A DNA stretch of 64,000 nucleotides from Mayamaea pseudoterrestris (lineage: Eukaryota), in assembly GCA_027923505.1 (NCBI GenBank), contig BROI01000022.1:372001-436000 (forward strand), written 5' to 3'. The notes below the pieces were generated by a model, which did not search any database, was not told where the DNA came from, and was given only the letters and a program-made list of their open reading frames with translations. Position numbers and translations under genes: made by a program. Below, piece after piece: positions 12,256-23,474 of the stretch (positions are counted from its first letter, which is position 1; the number at the start of each line of letters is the position of its first letter).

Positions 12256-12502
12256 GGCGAGCGAGCGAGCGAGCGAAGAAAGGATTACTTGGTTGTGGTG
12301 GCACATTGACAATGTCACTGGCATGGATCGCGTTTCACTTGGCGCTATATTGAAATTGAGTCGCTCATAATGTCTAGCGTAAATTTTGAATAGATATGAG
12401 TTTATTCGTCGCTTGCTGCCTTATTGTAGCCATTGCTTAATGATCGAACGCGTATTTGTAATTCATGGTGCACTTTTTCTTGTACGTTGACTGTAAACAT
12501 TT

Positions 12503-14847
12503 TTAATCCTCAATGGAGTCGGCCTCTTCCACAAAGCCAGAACCAACATATTTTTGCTGAGTCTTGTCGAACTTCTTGATTTTGGTGCTGGCCATAAATG
12601 TTTGGAAAAGGAAGAAACTAGCACCTGCAAACCCTGCGGAACGAAAAACTGTCCGGCTGGCGGTTCCAGCCAGGTTCAAAAGCAAGGAAGCCACCAGCAC
12701 GTTTTGCATCACTGATTGTCGAAGATCCATTCGTTCAAGTGCCTTTTCATTTTCCAAGGAGCGGACGCGGATTTTTAAAGAACCATCTTCGATAGACCGA
12801 AGAGTTTCTTCAATGTACGCCACCTTGCGAGGCTGCATTACTGCAGTCTCAATGTCGTTCTTATTCAGCCCCGTCGCCTTGGAAAATATCTTTAATCCCT
12901 TTTCGGCAGGACTATCGGACTGCTTCTGAGAGGCCGTAAATGTCTCCACAAACGGTTGCGCAAGCTTGCCAATGTCGAACTCAGAGTTTAGCTCCTTCCC
13001 AATGCCATCAACACTGGCGAATGCCCGAAAGATGAATGTAAAGGTGCTTGGGAATCGGAAAACGTTGTTTTCCGTCAGCGTCTGCAAGTCGGGACCAATG
13101 GTTTCTTTGATATTTCCACTGGTCTTGCCAAGCTGCTTGTTTTTGAAAGTACGCATAAAGTAACGGGCCAGCTTGTCGACAGCCAGCCTGTCAGCATTTT
13201 TATCAAGTACACCTGCTTGCTCTACACCCTTGACAAGCTCCTTGGCATTCTTCGCTAATTGTGCATCGGAAATCATTGGTCCACCGGCAAACAACGCCGT
13301 ACAAAAGGTCCGAAATCCCGTTCTGACGTTTGGTTTGAGCTCATCCATCAAGCCATAATCGTAAACGACTAGTTGTCCTTGCTCGTTGACGCATAAGTTG
13401 CCTAAAAATGCCAGAAATCGTGAGCATTAAATTCGACAGGCACCCACAGTTTGCCAATTCTGTTTACCTGAGTGAGGATCAGCATGGAAATAAGCAGTCT
13501 CGATGATCTGTCGCAGAAACCAGTTGCCAACTCGCTCCGACAAGAGCTTGCGGTCCAGACCTAATCTCTTAATTTTGGCGATATCCGTCAATTTAAAGGA
13601 ATCAACAAACTCCATCGTCAGCACCCTTGGTGTCGTGACTTCCTTCAACACCTGAGGCACGCGCACCCAGTCAATGTCCTTAAAGTCTTTGGCAAATCGT
13701 TCCGTGTTTCGCACTTCATTTAAATAGTCAATCTCAAGATACAAGAGACGCTCCGACTCCTCATAAATGCTGACCCAGTTGCGATCCGCACCTGTTCGAA
13801 GAGTCAATGTTAGTGTTTGTGCTCGATAGAGAGGTCGAATCAGCGTCGATACAGCAGGATGTCCTTACCATCTGTCTTCGGATCAAACTTATCAAGCAGG
13901 GCTGCTAGCTTTTTCAGGTTCTTTAGATCAATGTCGAAGAGCTCCTTCAAGCCAGCGCGCTGTACTTTTATGGCCACCTTCTTGCCCTTGTACAAAGCTG
14001 TATGGACTTGCCCCAATGACGCCGCCTTGAGTGGCTCCTCTGAAAATGACTGGAAGATGGAATCACATGGTCTTCCAAGCTCCTCCTCGATAATCTTTTT
14101 GGCGCGTGCACCCGAAAATCCAGGCACCTCGTCGGTTAATTTTCGAAGCGAGTCTGTATAGACGCTTGGAAGAACGTCTGTCCTTGTCGATGCCACTTGT
14201 CCCAACTTGACAAAGCTCGGTCCGAGCTTTAACAGCGATTCATTAATGAAATCAGCTGCTTCCTTTTGTGCTGCCAAGACTTCCTCGTCACTGGCACCTT
14301 TGGCTCTCATTTTGCGAGGCTTCAAAACACGAAAGACGCACGACAACGCTAGCTTCCATACCTCAGCGTTCCTTCGCAGCGCCGATGAATTGGCGCGTTG
14401 CTCCCAGCCTCGTTCCAGCAGTTCACCTTCCGACAAGTCTTCATCCACTTCAGTGGCAGCATCAGGTGAGCCCCGTACCAAGTCGAGAGTCCTGACAACG
14501 TACGATTTGAGCGTCTGTCGAAAGCCAGTCTTCTTTTCGTCGTCCATGCAAACTTCGTCGACGGCGAGTCCAGTCTTTGCATCAAACTCACATTCCTCGT
14601 CGACAAGCTCGGACACAATCTTCTCCGCTTCCATTTGGACTTGGTCAAAGAAATCATCCGACATGCTTGCCATTGGTGTGACATTGGATGCTACTGCATC
14701 ATCATTCTTGGTCTTTTCGATTGTAGCAAACAACAGAGACTTTGATGGTCTGGTAGCAGCAGCTGGTCTTCTCGTCAATGGTACTTGATTCATCCAACTA
14801 TAAGTTGTCGTCGCCAGGGCAAACGACAGGGCAATGTCGAATCTCAT
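12503..14847 (-). CDS. Plastid-targeted ABC1/UbiB atypical kinase (ABC1K7/8-like); exons 14847-13869, 13791-13468, 13401-12503
   Basis: Motifs 'LGPSFVKLGQVASTRTD', 'AASLGQVH', 'VAIKVQR' and 'FHADPHSGNL'. Two in-frame GT-AG introns. Signal peptide ending 'TYS-W'. Confidence 0.92.
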
Positions 14848-15184
14848 TGTTCTTCAGCTATAAAAACTCCAACACAGAGTTGCTCGTTGACAATGTTTTT
14901 ACTACTTTCGCGACTTCGATATTCGGCCTGAAAGACAGAGATCGCTTGTTCAAACGCAAGGTTGTTGCTTTGCTAGAGTCTGCTGCTGTTTGTGCCGAAC
15001 AGCCTTGATTCTTACGCAACAAGAAGTTTGCTTGGAAGAAAAACGGATGAGCGCTGACGTACTCATTTGCATCATAGCGGTACTCAACTTATACCGATGC
15101 GACAAGAAAAGTTTGAACTTCTCAGCGATGATGGCCATCACCAATCAAGAATCCAATCCGTCTATCATCAAGACGCAAACGATC

Positions 15185-17426
15185 ATGGCGGCCAATTCAA
15201 GATTGACTTGCCGAACAAACATTCAAGTGCTCGTCACTGCTTTGTGTGTATTTCACTGCGTCCAAGGCTGGTCTGGATCACTTCAAAATCACCTTCGTGG
15301 TCCGCAAGAAATTCATCGCCTTCGACTGGCTTTGAATGAAGCAATAAGCAATGATGATGGCGCAGCAAATACGAGACCATTACAATCCAAGAAGGCAGAC
15401 AAAAAGCCCAAGGCTATGCCAATCACAAGGCGAAAACAAGTCAGAAAAACAATACAATCATGGCGCATCTTTGGCGTCGAAGTGCACCCTGACGACTTGC
15501 AGTTGCATGCAAATGACAAGCGAACGAAGCAAGATTCTCAAGCGGCATTTCTACATCCTTCCGTTCTCACGTCACTCAGTAAGCGACTCAAAACGACCGA
15601 TTACACAAATGTTCGCATTGTGAGGCGCTCCTTGGATGCTCGCATGAAGCGACGACCTGATGGAACAGTTGGACCGCGGTTCGTTTACGTGTTGGATGTT
15701 GACACAAAGGCTCGCCTCAAGCAGCAACCGGGACGAACGGAACTACAACCTGCAAACATCACGCAGCAATCAGTTTCGAGTGTTGACAACCTAAATGCTG
15801 AATCACTCGTCAACAAACGCGTCATTATCGTCGGAGCCGGACCAGCTGGCCTCTTTGCGGCACTCCAACTCGCCAAGAGCGGCGTCAAGTTTATATTACT
15901 CGAGCGCGGTCAACCGGTCGAGCGGCGAGGCCGCGACATTGGCGCACTCATGCATCGTCGCGACTTGAACATTGAAAGCAACTTTTGCTTTGGCGAAGGC
16001 GGCGCCGGCACGTGGAGTGACGGCAAGCTTACCACACGCATTGGACGCAACTCGCAGACGGTGCGCAGTGTGTTGGAAACGTTGGTGGAGTTTGGTGCGC
16101 CGTCAAGTATTTTGCTGGAGGGTGCGCCGCACTTGGGGACGGACAATCTGGTGCGACTGCTGCGTAACATGAGAAAGCACTTGCGTGGCCTTGGAGGTGA
16201 GATTCGGTTTGGAACGAAAATGACAAATATAATAATCAAAAATGGCGCAGTTTCTGGTGTTGCCTATGAGAGCGTACCATCCGGTGAACGAGGCGAGATT
16301 CCGTTCACTCACGAAGTTGAAGCGCAGGGCGAGATTCATGGCGATGCCGTCATACTGGCCACAGGCCACTCTGCGCGTGACGTGTACGAGCGCTTACATG
16401 ACGCCGGTGTGCAGCTGGAGCCAAAGGGTTTTGCGGTTGGTTTCCGCATCGAGCATCCTCAGAAAATTATCAACAAGATACAGTACGGTAATGAATGGGG
16501 GCCTTCTGTAGTGACTGGAAAAGTACCAACCGATGTTGCCAATGCAGAATACTTTGCAGAGCCAGCGAGCGACAGGTCGAACCACAATGGAACATTGCCC
16601 GTTCCGTCGTATCGGCTCGCGACGGACGACGCGTTCGACGGAGAACGAAATCGTGGTGTCTACAGGTGAGTGCGTCTATTGTGGAGAGAAAGAGTGATTC
16701 ACACTTGGAAAACGTTTCTTACACATATCGGGCGTGAACAGCTTTTGCATGTGTCCAGGAGGTCAGATTGTGCCAGCTTCGACAGATCCAGATGAGGTTT
16801 GCGTCAATGGCATGAGCTTTAGCCGGCGAGATTCCCAATGGGCCAACAGTGCGCTTGTTGTCACTGTTGATGCAAACGATTCCGTTCTGGACGAATACAA
16901 AGAACCCCACGGAGTGCTATCAGGTATAGCTTTCCAACGAGACATGGAGCGACGAGCGGCTGTTATGGGAGGCGGCAACTTGGTTGTGCCGGTGCAACGA
17001 GTGACGGACTTTATTAACGAAGTAGCATCGACGTCGACCCCAGCATCATCGTATCGTCTTGGAACGAAACCAGCAGCCTGTCATGATATATACCCTACCT
17101 GTCTAACGACTGCGTTGCGGCATGCATTGGTACACCGTTTCGACGGGCAAATGGATGGATACATTTGCGACGATGCTGTGCTCCATGCAGTGGAGACAAG
17201 GACATCCAGTCCAGTCCGCATAGCAAGAGACGAAGTCAACTTGAAGGCTGTCGGCATTGCCAACTTGTTCCCAGCCGGCGAAGGCGCTGGCTTTGCCGGA
17301 GGTATTGTTTCGGCGGCTGTGGACGGAATTTCAGTTGGCGAGGCTGTGATAGACAGCTTGACTGGAAATACAAGGGAGAGGGATCAGCTGCAGCGCCGCC
17401 AGTCAACAGCCGATAGTTTTTACTGA
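15185..17426 (+). CDS. Plastid-targeted FAD/NAD(P)-dependent oxidoreductase (uncharacterised FAD-dependent dehydrogenase family); exons ~15185-16665, 16742-17426
   Basis: Rossmann motif 'IVGAGPAGLFAA', plus 'FGEGGAGTWSDGKL', 'SFCMCPGG', 'ETRTSSPVRI' and 'GEGAGFAGGIVSAAVDG'. Intron at 16666-16741. The start is inferred from a signal peptide ending 'VQG-W'. Confidence 0.85.
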
Positions 17427-17618
17427 CGGATTGAAAGTGCCTGCGTATTTCAAGAACCCAGTCGTTGCATTACAGTGACTGCATTACTCTGATGTCAGGG
17501 GCTACGCAACTATACCACAGATCATAGACTACGCAGTCTTAACAAAATGTACATAGCTGACATTATTATGATTGAACCATGCTGATATTTGAGGGTCAAC
17601 ACTTTATAACTGAGTTCA

Positions 17619-18428
17619 TTAATATGCCCGAAGCTCCAATAGCTGCATTTCAATGTCACCCAGTAAAAACTTTTCGTTTAAAAAACCGTCATACTCGAAC
17701 TTGCTGTAAGCGAGTTGGAAAGCCGCAACGGACTCCTTGTTGAACGTTTTGTTTGACTGTGTTCGCGCCAACACGGCAGGCACCTGCTTTTCGAAGTTGA
17801 TTCTGAACGCATTGTATCCTGGTCTCACGTCGTTGATTGTCGTCCAAGTAATGCCATTAAAATCGGTGCTATCGCGCGTGACAAATTTAAATCGCCTCGT
17901 TTTCCGTGTGTTTAACAGCTTGACTTTCCATTCCACACCTCTGCACGCCTTCATATTCAAATTTAGAGTTGGTGCGCTCCTTAGTCCAATGAACCCTCCT
18001 CTGTTGGCGTCCGTCACGGTTCCCTTCCACGTTCCGTCCTCGAAGGTTGACGCGGAAGCTCCTCCCATAACAACGTCATCTGTGCAGTGAGCAAAGCAGT
18101 GAGAAACGATTCACAAGGACTTGGAAGGCATCACATTGCACAATCACCAGCAGCACGAACATCATTCGGAAAGAACGAATCACGTACCCAAGGGAGCCAT
18201 GGAAAACTTGTTTCTGTCATCATCACCGAGACGCCACAAAACGTCTCCTGGACGAACCATTGTTTCTGGAATTCGGTTAAAGGGCGGATTGACAAACTTG
18301 GAGGATTGTTGCGCGAAGCGAAAAATGTCCCATGGTTTTCGTTCCGTCGACAGGCTCCATGACGATGTCAGTGTCGTCAAGCAAATGACGAGGCTGAGTA
18401 GAGACAGAGACGCTGATGATGAATACAT
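17619..18428 (-). CDS. CIA30/NDUFAF1-like domain protein with a plastid-type presequence; exons 18428-18188, 18079-17619
   Basis: Splicing creates the CIA30 motif 'LDDVVMGGAS', followed by 'GTVTDANRGGFIG' and 'QLAYSKFEYDG'. Confidence 0.85.
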
Positions 18429-18996
18429 TGCAAAAGAATCTGTCGAAGACGCTGTGTAGTACAGTTTGTAAATCGCTTTATATGCTGGCGAGTTGTAACA
18501 GTTGGTGCTGATTCAAAGATGGACTTGGATGTGGTTTGCAGTTCGATGGATGCCGAAAGAACGAATGTCAAACGAGTCGTGAAAAACGACGTCTATGAGT
18601 GCCGGGACGACATAACCGTTTCTGCACCGGCACTCGGTCGCGCAGGTCCGAAACAGAGCTACCCAGGCGATGCATGACTAATAAAGCATTGCACAGCGCA
18701 AGGCAATACATAGGCCAGCTTATGATTTAATTCGATGAATTAAATTTCGACTCGTTGCTGCTATGCGACATCTAAACTCGTTCTGTGCCGACATGGCGCG
18801 CACAACAGGCTGGCATGCTCTATAGCAGCTCTTGGGCGTTCTCTGTGCAAATATATTCTTAGGAGCTTTTGAAATGCTGCTAAATATGTCGAAGGATGTT
18901 ACGTAATGACTGCAGCCTTCGATGCGGCGAAACGGCATGACAACTGATTGTCAGCGATACTCACGATTATTACTTGCTCCATCAGCGTACCGTACT

Positions 18997-19737
18997 CTAC
19001 GCCTTACTCTTCCCGTACGACTGGATCACTTGCTCAATCAATGGCTGCAGCTTGGAGTATCGTGTTTCCGGTGTCTGCAAGGTTGCCGTGACCAGTACTG
19101 CACCCGCTCCACCCGTGGCTCCCTGCGCCAGTGAGAAAATGGTTCTATAGTGCGTCTCCTCCATGACACCTGGCACAGCCTGCGTATAGTCGAAAAAGTA
19201 GGCTTGTTTCTCACTCTTGGCAGTGATCAATCGACTAGTGACTCCACCTTCTATTCCAGCAAGCTCGCCCTTGGGCAAAATAGTTTGCTCCGCCACCACG
19301 TCGACGCTTCCAAAGGATGCAAGACTTGTAAAATCGTCACGGACTGGTGTATACGCAATGAACAAGATTGTCTGATCATCGGATGGATCCTTCCAGACTT
19401 GCATTTGACGTCGGTCCGGCAAACGCTGGGTCGACTGCACCCAGTCGGCAGGAACTTGCATGGAGAAGCCGTGGGTCGCGTCATTGTACAGCAACGTGCT
19501 GACATCTGCAGCAGTAGCAGCAGCAAACGCGGGATAAGAAGACCTTGTTAACAAGGCAGCTGTCGACGCTGAACCTGCGACAGCAAATGCTTGTTGAAAT
19601 AGGTTTCGGCGAGTGGTCGTTGTTGGATCGGCGGTGAATCCTATGCTGGAAGTTGTGGCCGGCACATGGCGATGATTGTATCCGCTGACGCATGCAGACC
19701 AGGAAAGTGTCAGCAGCGCTAAGTTAAAGTTTCTCAT
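18997..19737 (-). CDS. PsbP-domain thylakoid lumen protein
   Basis: Signal peptide, then a twin-arginine Tat signal 'RRNLFQQAFAVAG...PAFA'. PsbP-like core 'YNDATHGFSMQVPADW', 'SLASFGSVD' and 'YFFDY'. Confidence 0.85.
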   Translation of the reverse strand: MRNFNLALLTLSWSACVSGYNHRHVPATTSSIGFTADPTTTTRRNLFQQAFAVAGSASTAALLTRSSYPAFAAATAADVSTLLYNDATHGFSMQVPADWVQSTQRLPDRRQMQVWKDPSDDQTILFIAYTPVRDDFTSLASFGSVDVVAEQTILPKGELAGIEGGVTSRLITAKSEKQAYFFDYTQAVPGVMEETHYRTIFSLAQGATGGAGAVLVTATLQTPETRYSKLQPLIEQVIQSYGKSKA

Positions 19738-19930
19738 TGCAAACAGCGAAAAGTTGTAGGAGCAGGACTGGCTTTATCCTTGAGCAAGATGGAGAGGGCG
19801 AGTAATCGAATCATCGGTCGGTTGATCCGAAACGAGTCAGGGTCGCGCTAATCGCACCGGTTTACGTATTCACGGTGCGACATTTCTGTCGAGAGTCTGT
19901 CGAACGATGTTTGCGACCACAAGTGTCACC

Positions 19931-20404
19931 ATGGCCGTCCTCTCCAGCATTCTGTTTTCCGTTGCAATCCTCTTGTTTGGAGTCATTGTCGGGACAGCGG
20001 TGCTTCGCAATGGTAGTCACGAAACGGTGAGTCAGGCGCTTTTTTGTCGAAATATTGGGTGATGCTCTTTCTTTCGCTTCATTTGTGTTGATTGCTTCCG
20101 GATATTCTTTACACTTGACCCATTCACATTATTAACCTTCAATCTTCTCATTTTCCAGTCTGAATCAATGCTCATGAGTCAACCAATGGTCGGTGGATCC
20201 GCAAGTAAGCGCCAAGGGCCTTGGCCGGAATGCATTGGCAAGTCGGGTGCAGACTGTATTACCATGATTGAAGCCTACGCGCAAGACGTTCGTACATTGA
20301 TTGTTCCGGCGGACAGTATGGTGACAATGGACTTTTCGCCGAGCCGCGTTCGTGTCTTTGTTGACGAGAATGGAATCGTCCAGAGATCGCCGTCTCGTGG
20401 ATGA
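19931..20404 (+). CDS. Potato inhibitor I (MEROPS I13) serine protease inhibitor with an N-terminal hydrophobic segment; exons 19931-20026, 20159-20404
   Basis: 'WPECIG' and 'VTMDFSPSRVRVFVDENGIV..P.RG' match the family pattern. A phase-0 GTGAGT...CAG intron adds a 32-codon hydrophobic first exon that the ORF track misses. Confidence 0.88.
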
Positions 20405-20867
20405 TGATGGAATGTTCATCATACTATCATAAAGCAAAACCGATTTGAGAAGCCATAAAGGACGAGTGGACCTGTCGTTACACATAAACGTTTATAAGAA
20501 AAACTATTGTATTTGGCTGCTAAGCTGTGGTAAAGTGTCGCGTCGGTACCATTCCATATTTCCATCTACTCGTCCCAAGTATCCCAAATCCCAAAATGTT
20601 AGCGTTGGCCATCTCAGCATCTCGGGGGCGTCTGAGCACCTATAGCATGATAGAGCTGCCTCTTCCTTTAGTACCTACGGTAGGTGACACAAGAATCGAT
20701 TGAATCGAGATACACAGCGCGTAAATGCTGCCGCTCCGGATTCGGCTGTACTGAAGTAGTAATTTGACTTGCCACACTTGATGTGATCTAGCTCTCGAAA
20801 GCTATTAATGTAAAGACAGGCGATCTATAAATTCTTACGAAGACGAAATAAGTCGTTTAGAAATAGA

Positions 20868-21578
20868 TTAACGCTGCGTTGATCCCTTCTGTCCTCCTCT
20901 GCTGCCTCCCATGTGCTTGGGCACCTTTTGGAATGTGTGTGCCTTTGGTGCGGCCGCCGCCTTGCCTCCCTTGGCGCCAGTCTTGGCCTTGTTTGCTACT
21001 TTTCGGTCCTTCAGTTCCTTCAAGGCAGCATCCTTTTGGGCGACGCGCAATTGACTCTTCTGCGCAGCCTTCTTCTTAATGTCTTCCAGAGTCGCACCAA
21101 CCACGGCGCGCTGCACCTTGCCGGCCCGACGACTACGCTTCTTCGTCGTCTGCTCGTTCAAACCCTTCTTGTGCAAACGCCTCCACGCCTGCGTCCATAC
21201 TAGCTTGGCCGCCTTTTTGCGCTGCAGCGTCAAACTTTGGGCCTTGGAGCTTCCGAGCCACAGTGGCTTGCCGTCACGACGAATCATGAGCTTACCATTG
21301 CCCGGGTAAATGCGGTACTCGGAGAGAGCACAGAGTTCGGCTGTGAGCATAGAGATAGAGAGAGACAAGAATCAGATGAGACACGAATTCAGATGCAAGT
21401 AAATTTGCATTAGAAGCAACAGGAAGCTCTAAATTCGAAGCCATGGAGCGCTCATGCAAGTAGTCGCTGGCGCACGCATTTTTGACTGGTTTTGACGCAT
21501 TCCAACTGCATCGTTTGCGCAAACGTGTCTGCAAGCAACTAAAAATATGACGAAGCGCAACTCACTGTTGATAACCAT
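20868..21578 (-). CDS. RPL24: 60S ribosomal protein eL24; exons 21578-21566, 21340-20868
   Basis: The spliced N-terminus reads 'MVINTELCALSEYRIYPG', followed by 'WTQAWRRLHKKG' and a Lys-rich tail. 225-nt intron. Confidence 0.95.
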
Positions 21579-22593
21579 CTTGACAACGCTCGTTCGTGGA
21601 GATGATTGCCGCGATGCTGTGCCATGGTCAACGGGCTCGGTCACGAACACGGATTAGTAAAGCGGTAAGATGTGTGGTATAGCCTTAACCGTAAGTAAAG
21701 TGAACCTGAAGCTACCCATGTTTTCCGTTTCGCATCTACCTACTACAGTATCATACCAGTGGCATAGTACTGTAGTTGCATGTCCTTGTAGCCCATTGCT
21801 GTCTCCATAGCACACTCTACAGCTACCATATGTTATTTCCTAACCACATACGTCAAATAAACTTGTTCTGCCTTGGAATTACTAAGACATGCTTACTGGT
21901 AAGCACCAACGTGATGGATCTCACCCCCTTTGTATCAGGCAATGGATGGGATGGACGATTAGCGTCAAAGGCGGCTTGTATGACAATGCTTCTTTCCAAG
22001 GCACCCGCCAATAGATAAAGCCATGACTAGAACAAACATTGGCGTGACTGCTGCGTTAGAAGACGTTGCTACTGTGCGCTGACCACGACTGCACCTAATC
22101 TCACACTTTCGAGGCTATTGCGCTGGCGTTATTCGGATGTAAACTTCCGACGCACAAGATGGGCCCATTCCGCATATTACTCATTTTGGATTTGGTACGT
22201 CGGCGTTTGTTATTGACATTCAGGCTTTGGGCGTGATGACGACATCGTAGCCGAACAACATTTCTCGCTTACTATGCCCCATTGATCAAAGAACGCATGA
22301 TCAAAACTGACGATCGTGTCTGACGGAATCAGTCTTCCTTTCGTTATAGCCCTTTGGATCACAAAGCATCACAATCACGAATAGTGTCGGTGCAATGACC
22401 ATTGCAACATTCATTGACTATGATGTAAACTGTACATAATTAGATATTGACCATTCGGTCGTGTGATTCTCGGATGGCCGGTCATAAGTCACTTAATGCG
22501 ACGCCAGATCGACAACCGGCGGACAAACGCAAATCTCGAGATCTCACATTTTCTCCTCCTTGACCTTCCAACAGGGCAAACTTTCACCCAAGC

Positions 22594-22857
22594 ATGTCCA
22601 AGCAAGCGCAATCCTCCATCGCACCCAGCGCACGCTCCCAAGCGAGACGCTGGCAGCGCTCACTCCCATCTCTGGATCCACGTTTCCAGCACCCTAACGC
22701 CAACACAGATGCAGGGGCGCTTGTGTCGCCGTCGCCTGCAGAGTCTCGCAGGAAGAAATTGATTGCCATCATCAATTCTGCCATTGCCATCGCATTGGAT
22801 GACTCTGAAGATCTCAGCGAATACCTTCATTTTCAAGGTCCATCAAGTGAGCGTTGA
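22594..22857 (+). CDS. Small hypothetical protein (87 aa) with a C-terminal amphipathic helix
   Basis: ATG-initiated ORF within an otherwise empty ~1.9-kb gap. The helix 'RRKKLIAIINSAIAIALDD' is followed by an AT-rich, 3'UTR-like segment. Confidence 0.45.
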   Translation: MSKQAQSSIAPSARSQARRWQRSLPSLDPRFQHPNANTDAGALVSPSPAESRRKKLIAIINSAIAIALDDSEDLSEYLHFQGPSSER

Positions 22858-23474
22858 TCGTTCACTAATGTCGAAAGCTCGAGATTCGCAGCGAATCTGC
22901 GATGTCTGCGGACAAAAGCGCGTGGCGCCATGTACACATTGAACAAATGACCTCAGAGCAACGGATCAAGATTGCTTAGAAACACAAACTACATATTATT
23001 AAATCTCTTATCTATTTAAGCTATAAATGTTTGATGCAAAATTTTACATCATATTTCCCGTTAGCCTTCTCGGGAGTCAATAAACTGATGCGGTGAAAAT
23101 CCATTTTTCAGCTTGCACTTGGATCGCCGATATCGAAGAGTTGACTCGTCGTTGTTGCACTGAGCCTTCCGGCCGTCAATGGCTCGCTGCACTCGTTAGA
23201 GTGCAAAGTATAGCCAAAGTATAGTGAAACCACCGTACTTAGCTCAAGAACGTGGATCGTCATGCGACAGCTTCGAATCGTACAATTAGTTTAAGTTAGT
23301 ATGATAGCAAGTTGTAAAATTAGGATAGCACTAATCCACACCAGTAAAACACCAGACCATAGACTGGCACGAACATTCACCAGCAAATCGCACGAGGATC
23401 ATTCTTTTCATTTGAGACGTAAGCACGCCGATTGTTGCCGAGATTTTTGCACCAGGATTGACAACACTGATTAA

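Noticed and set aside
21341..21565. Longer RPL24 intron as a possible snoRNA host
   Set aside because: No box C (RTGATGA) on the sense strand and no convincing H/ACA layout; only short palindromes.
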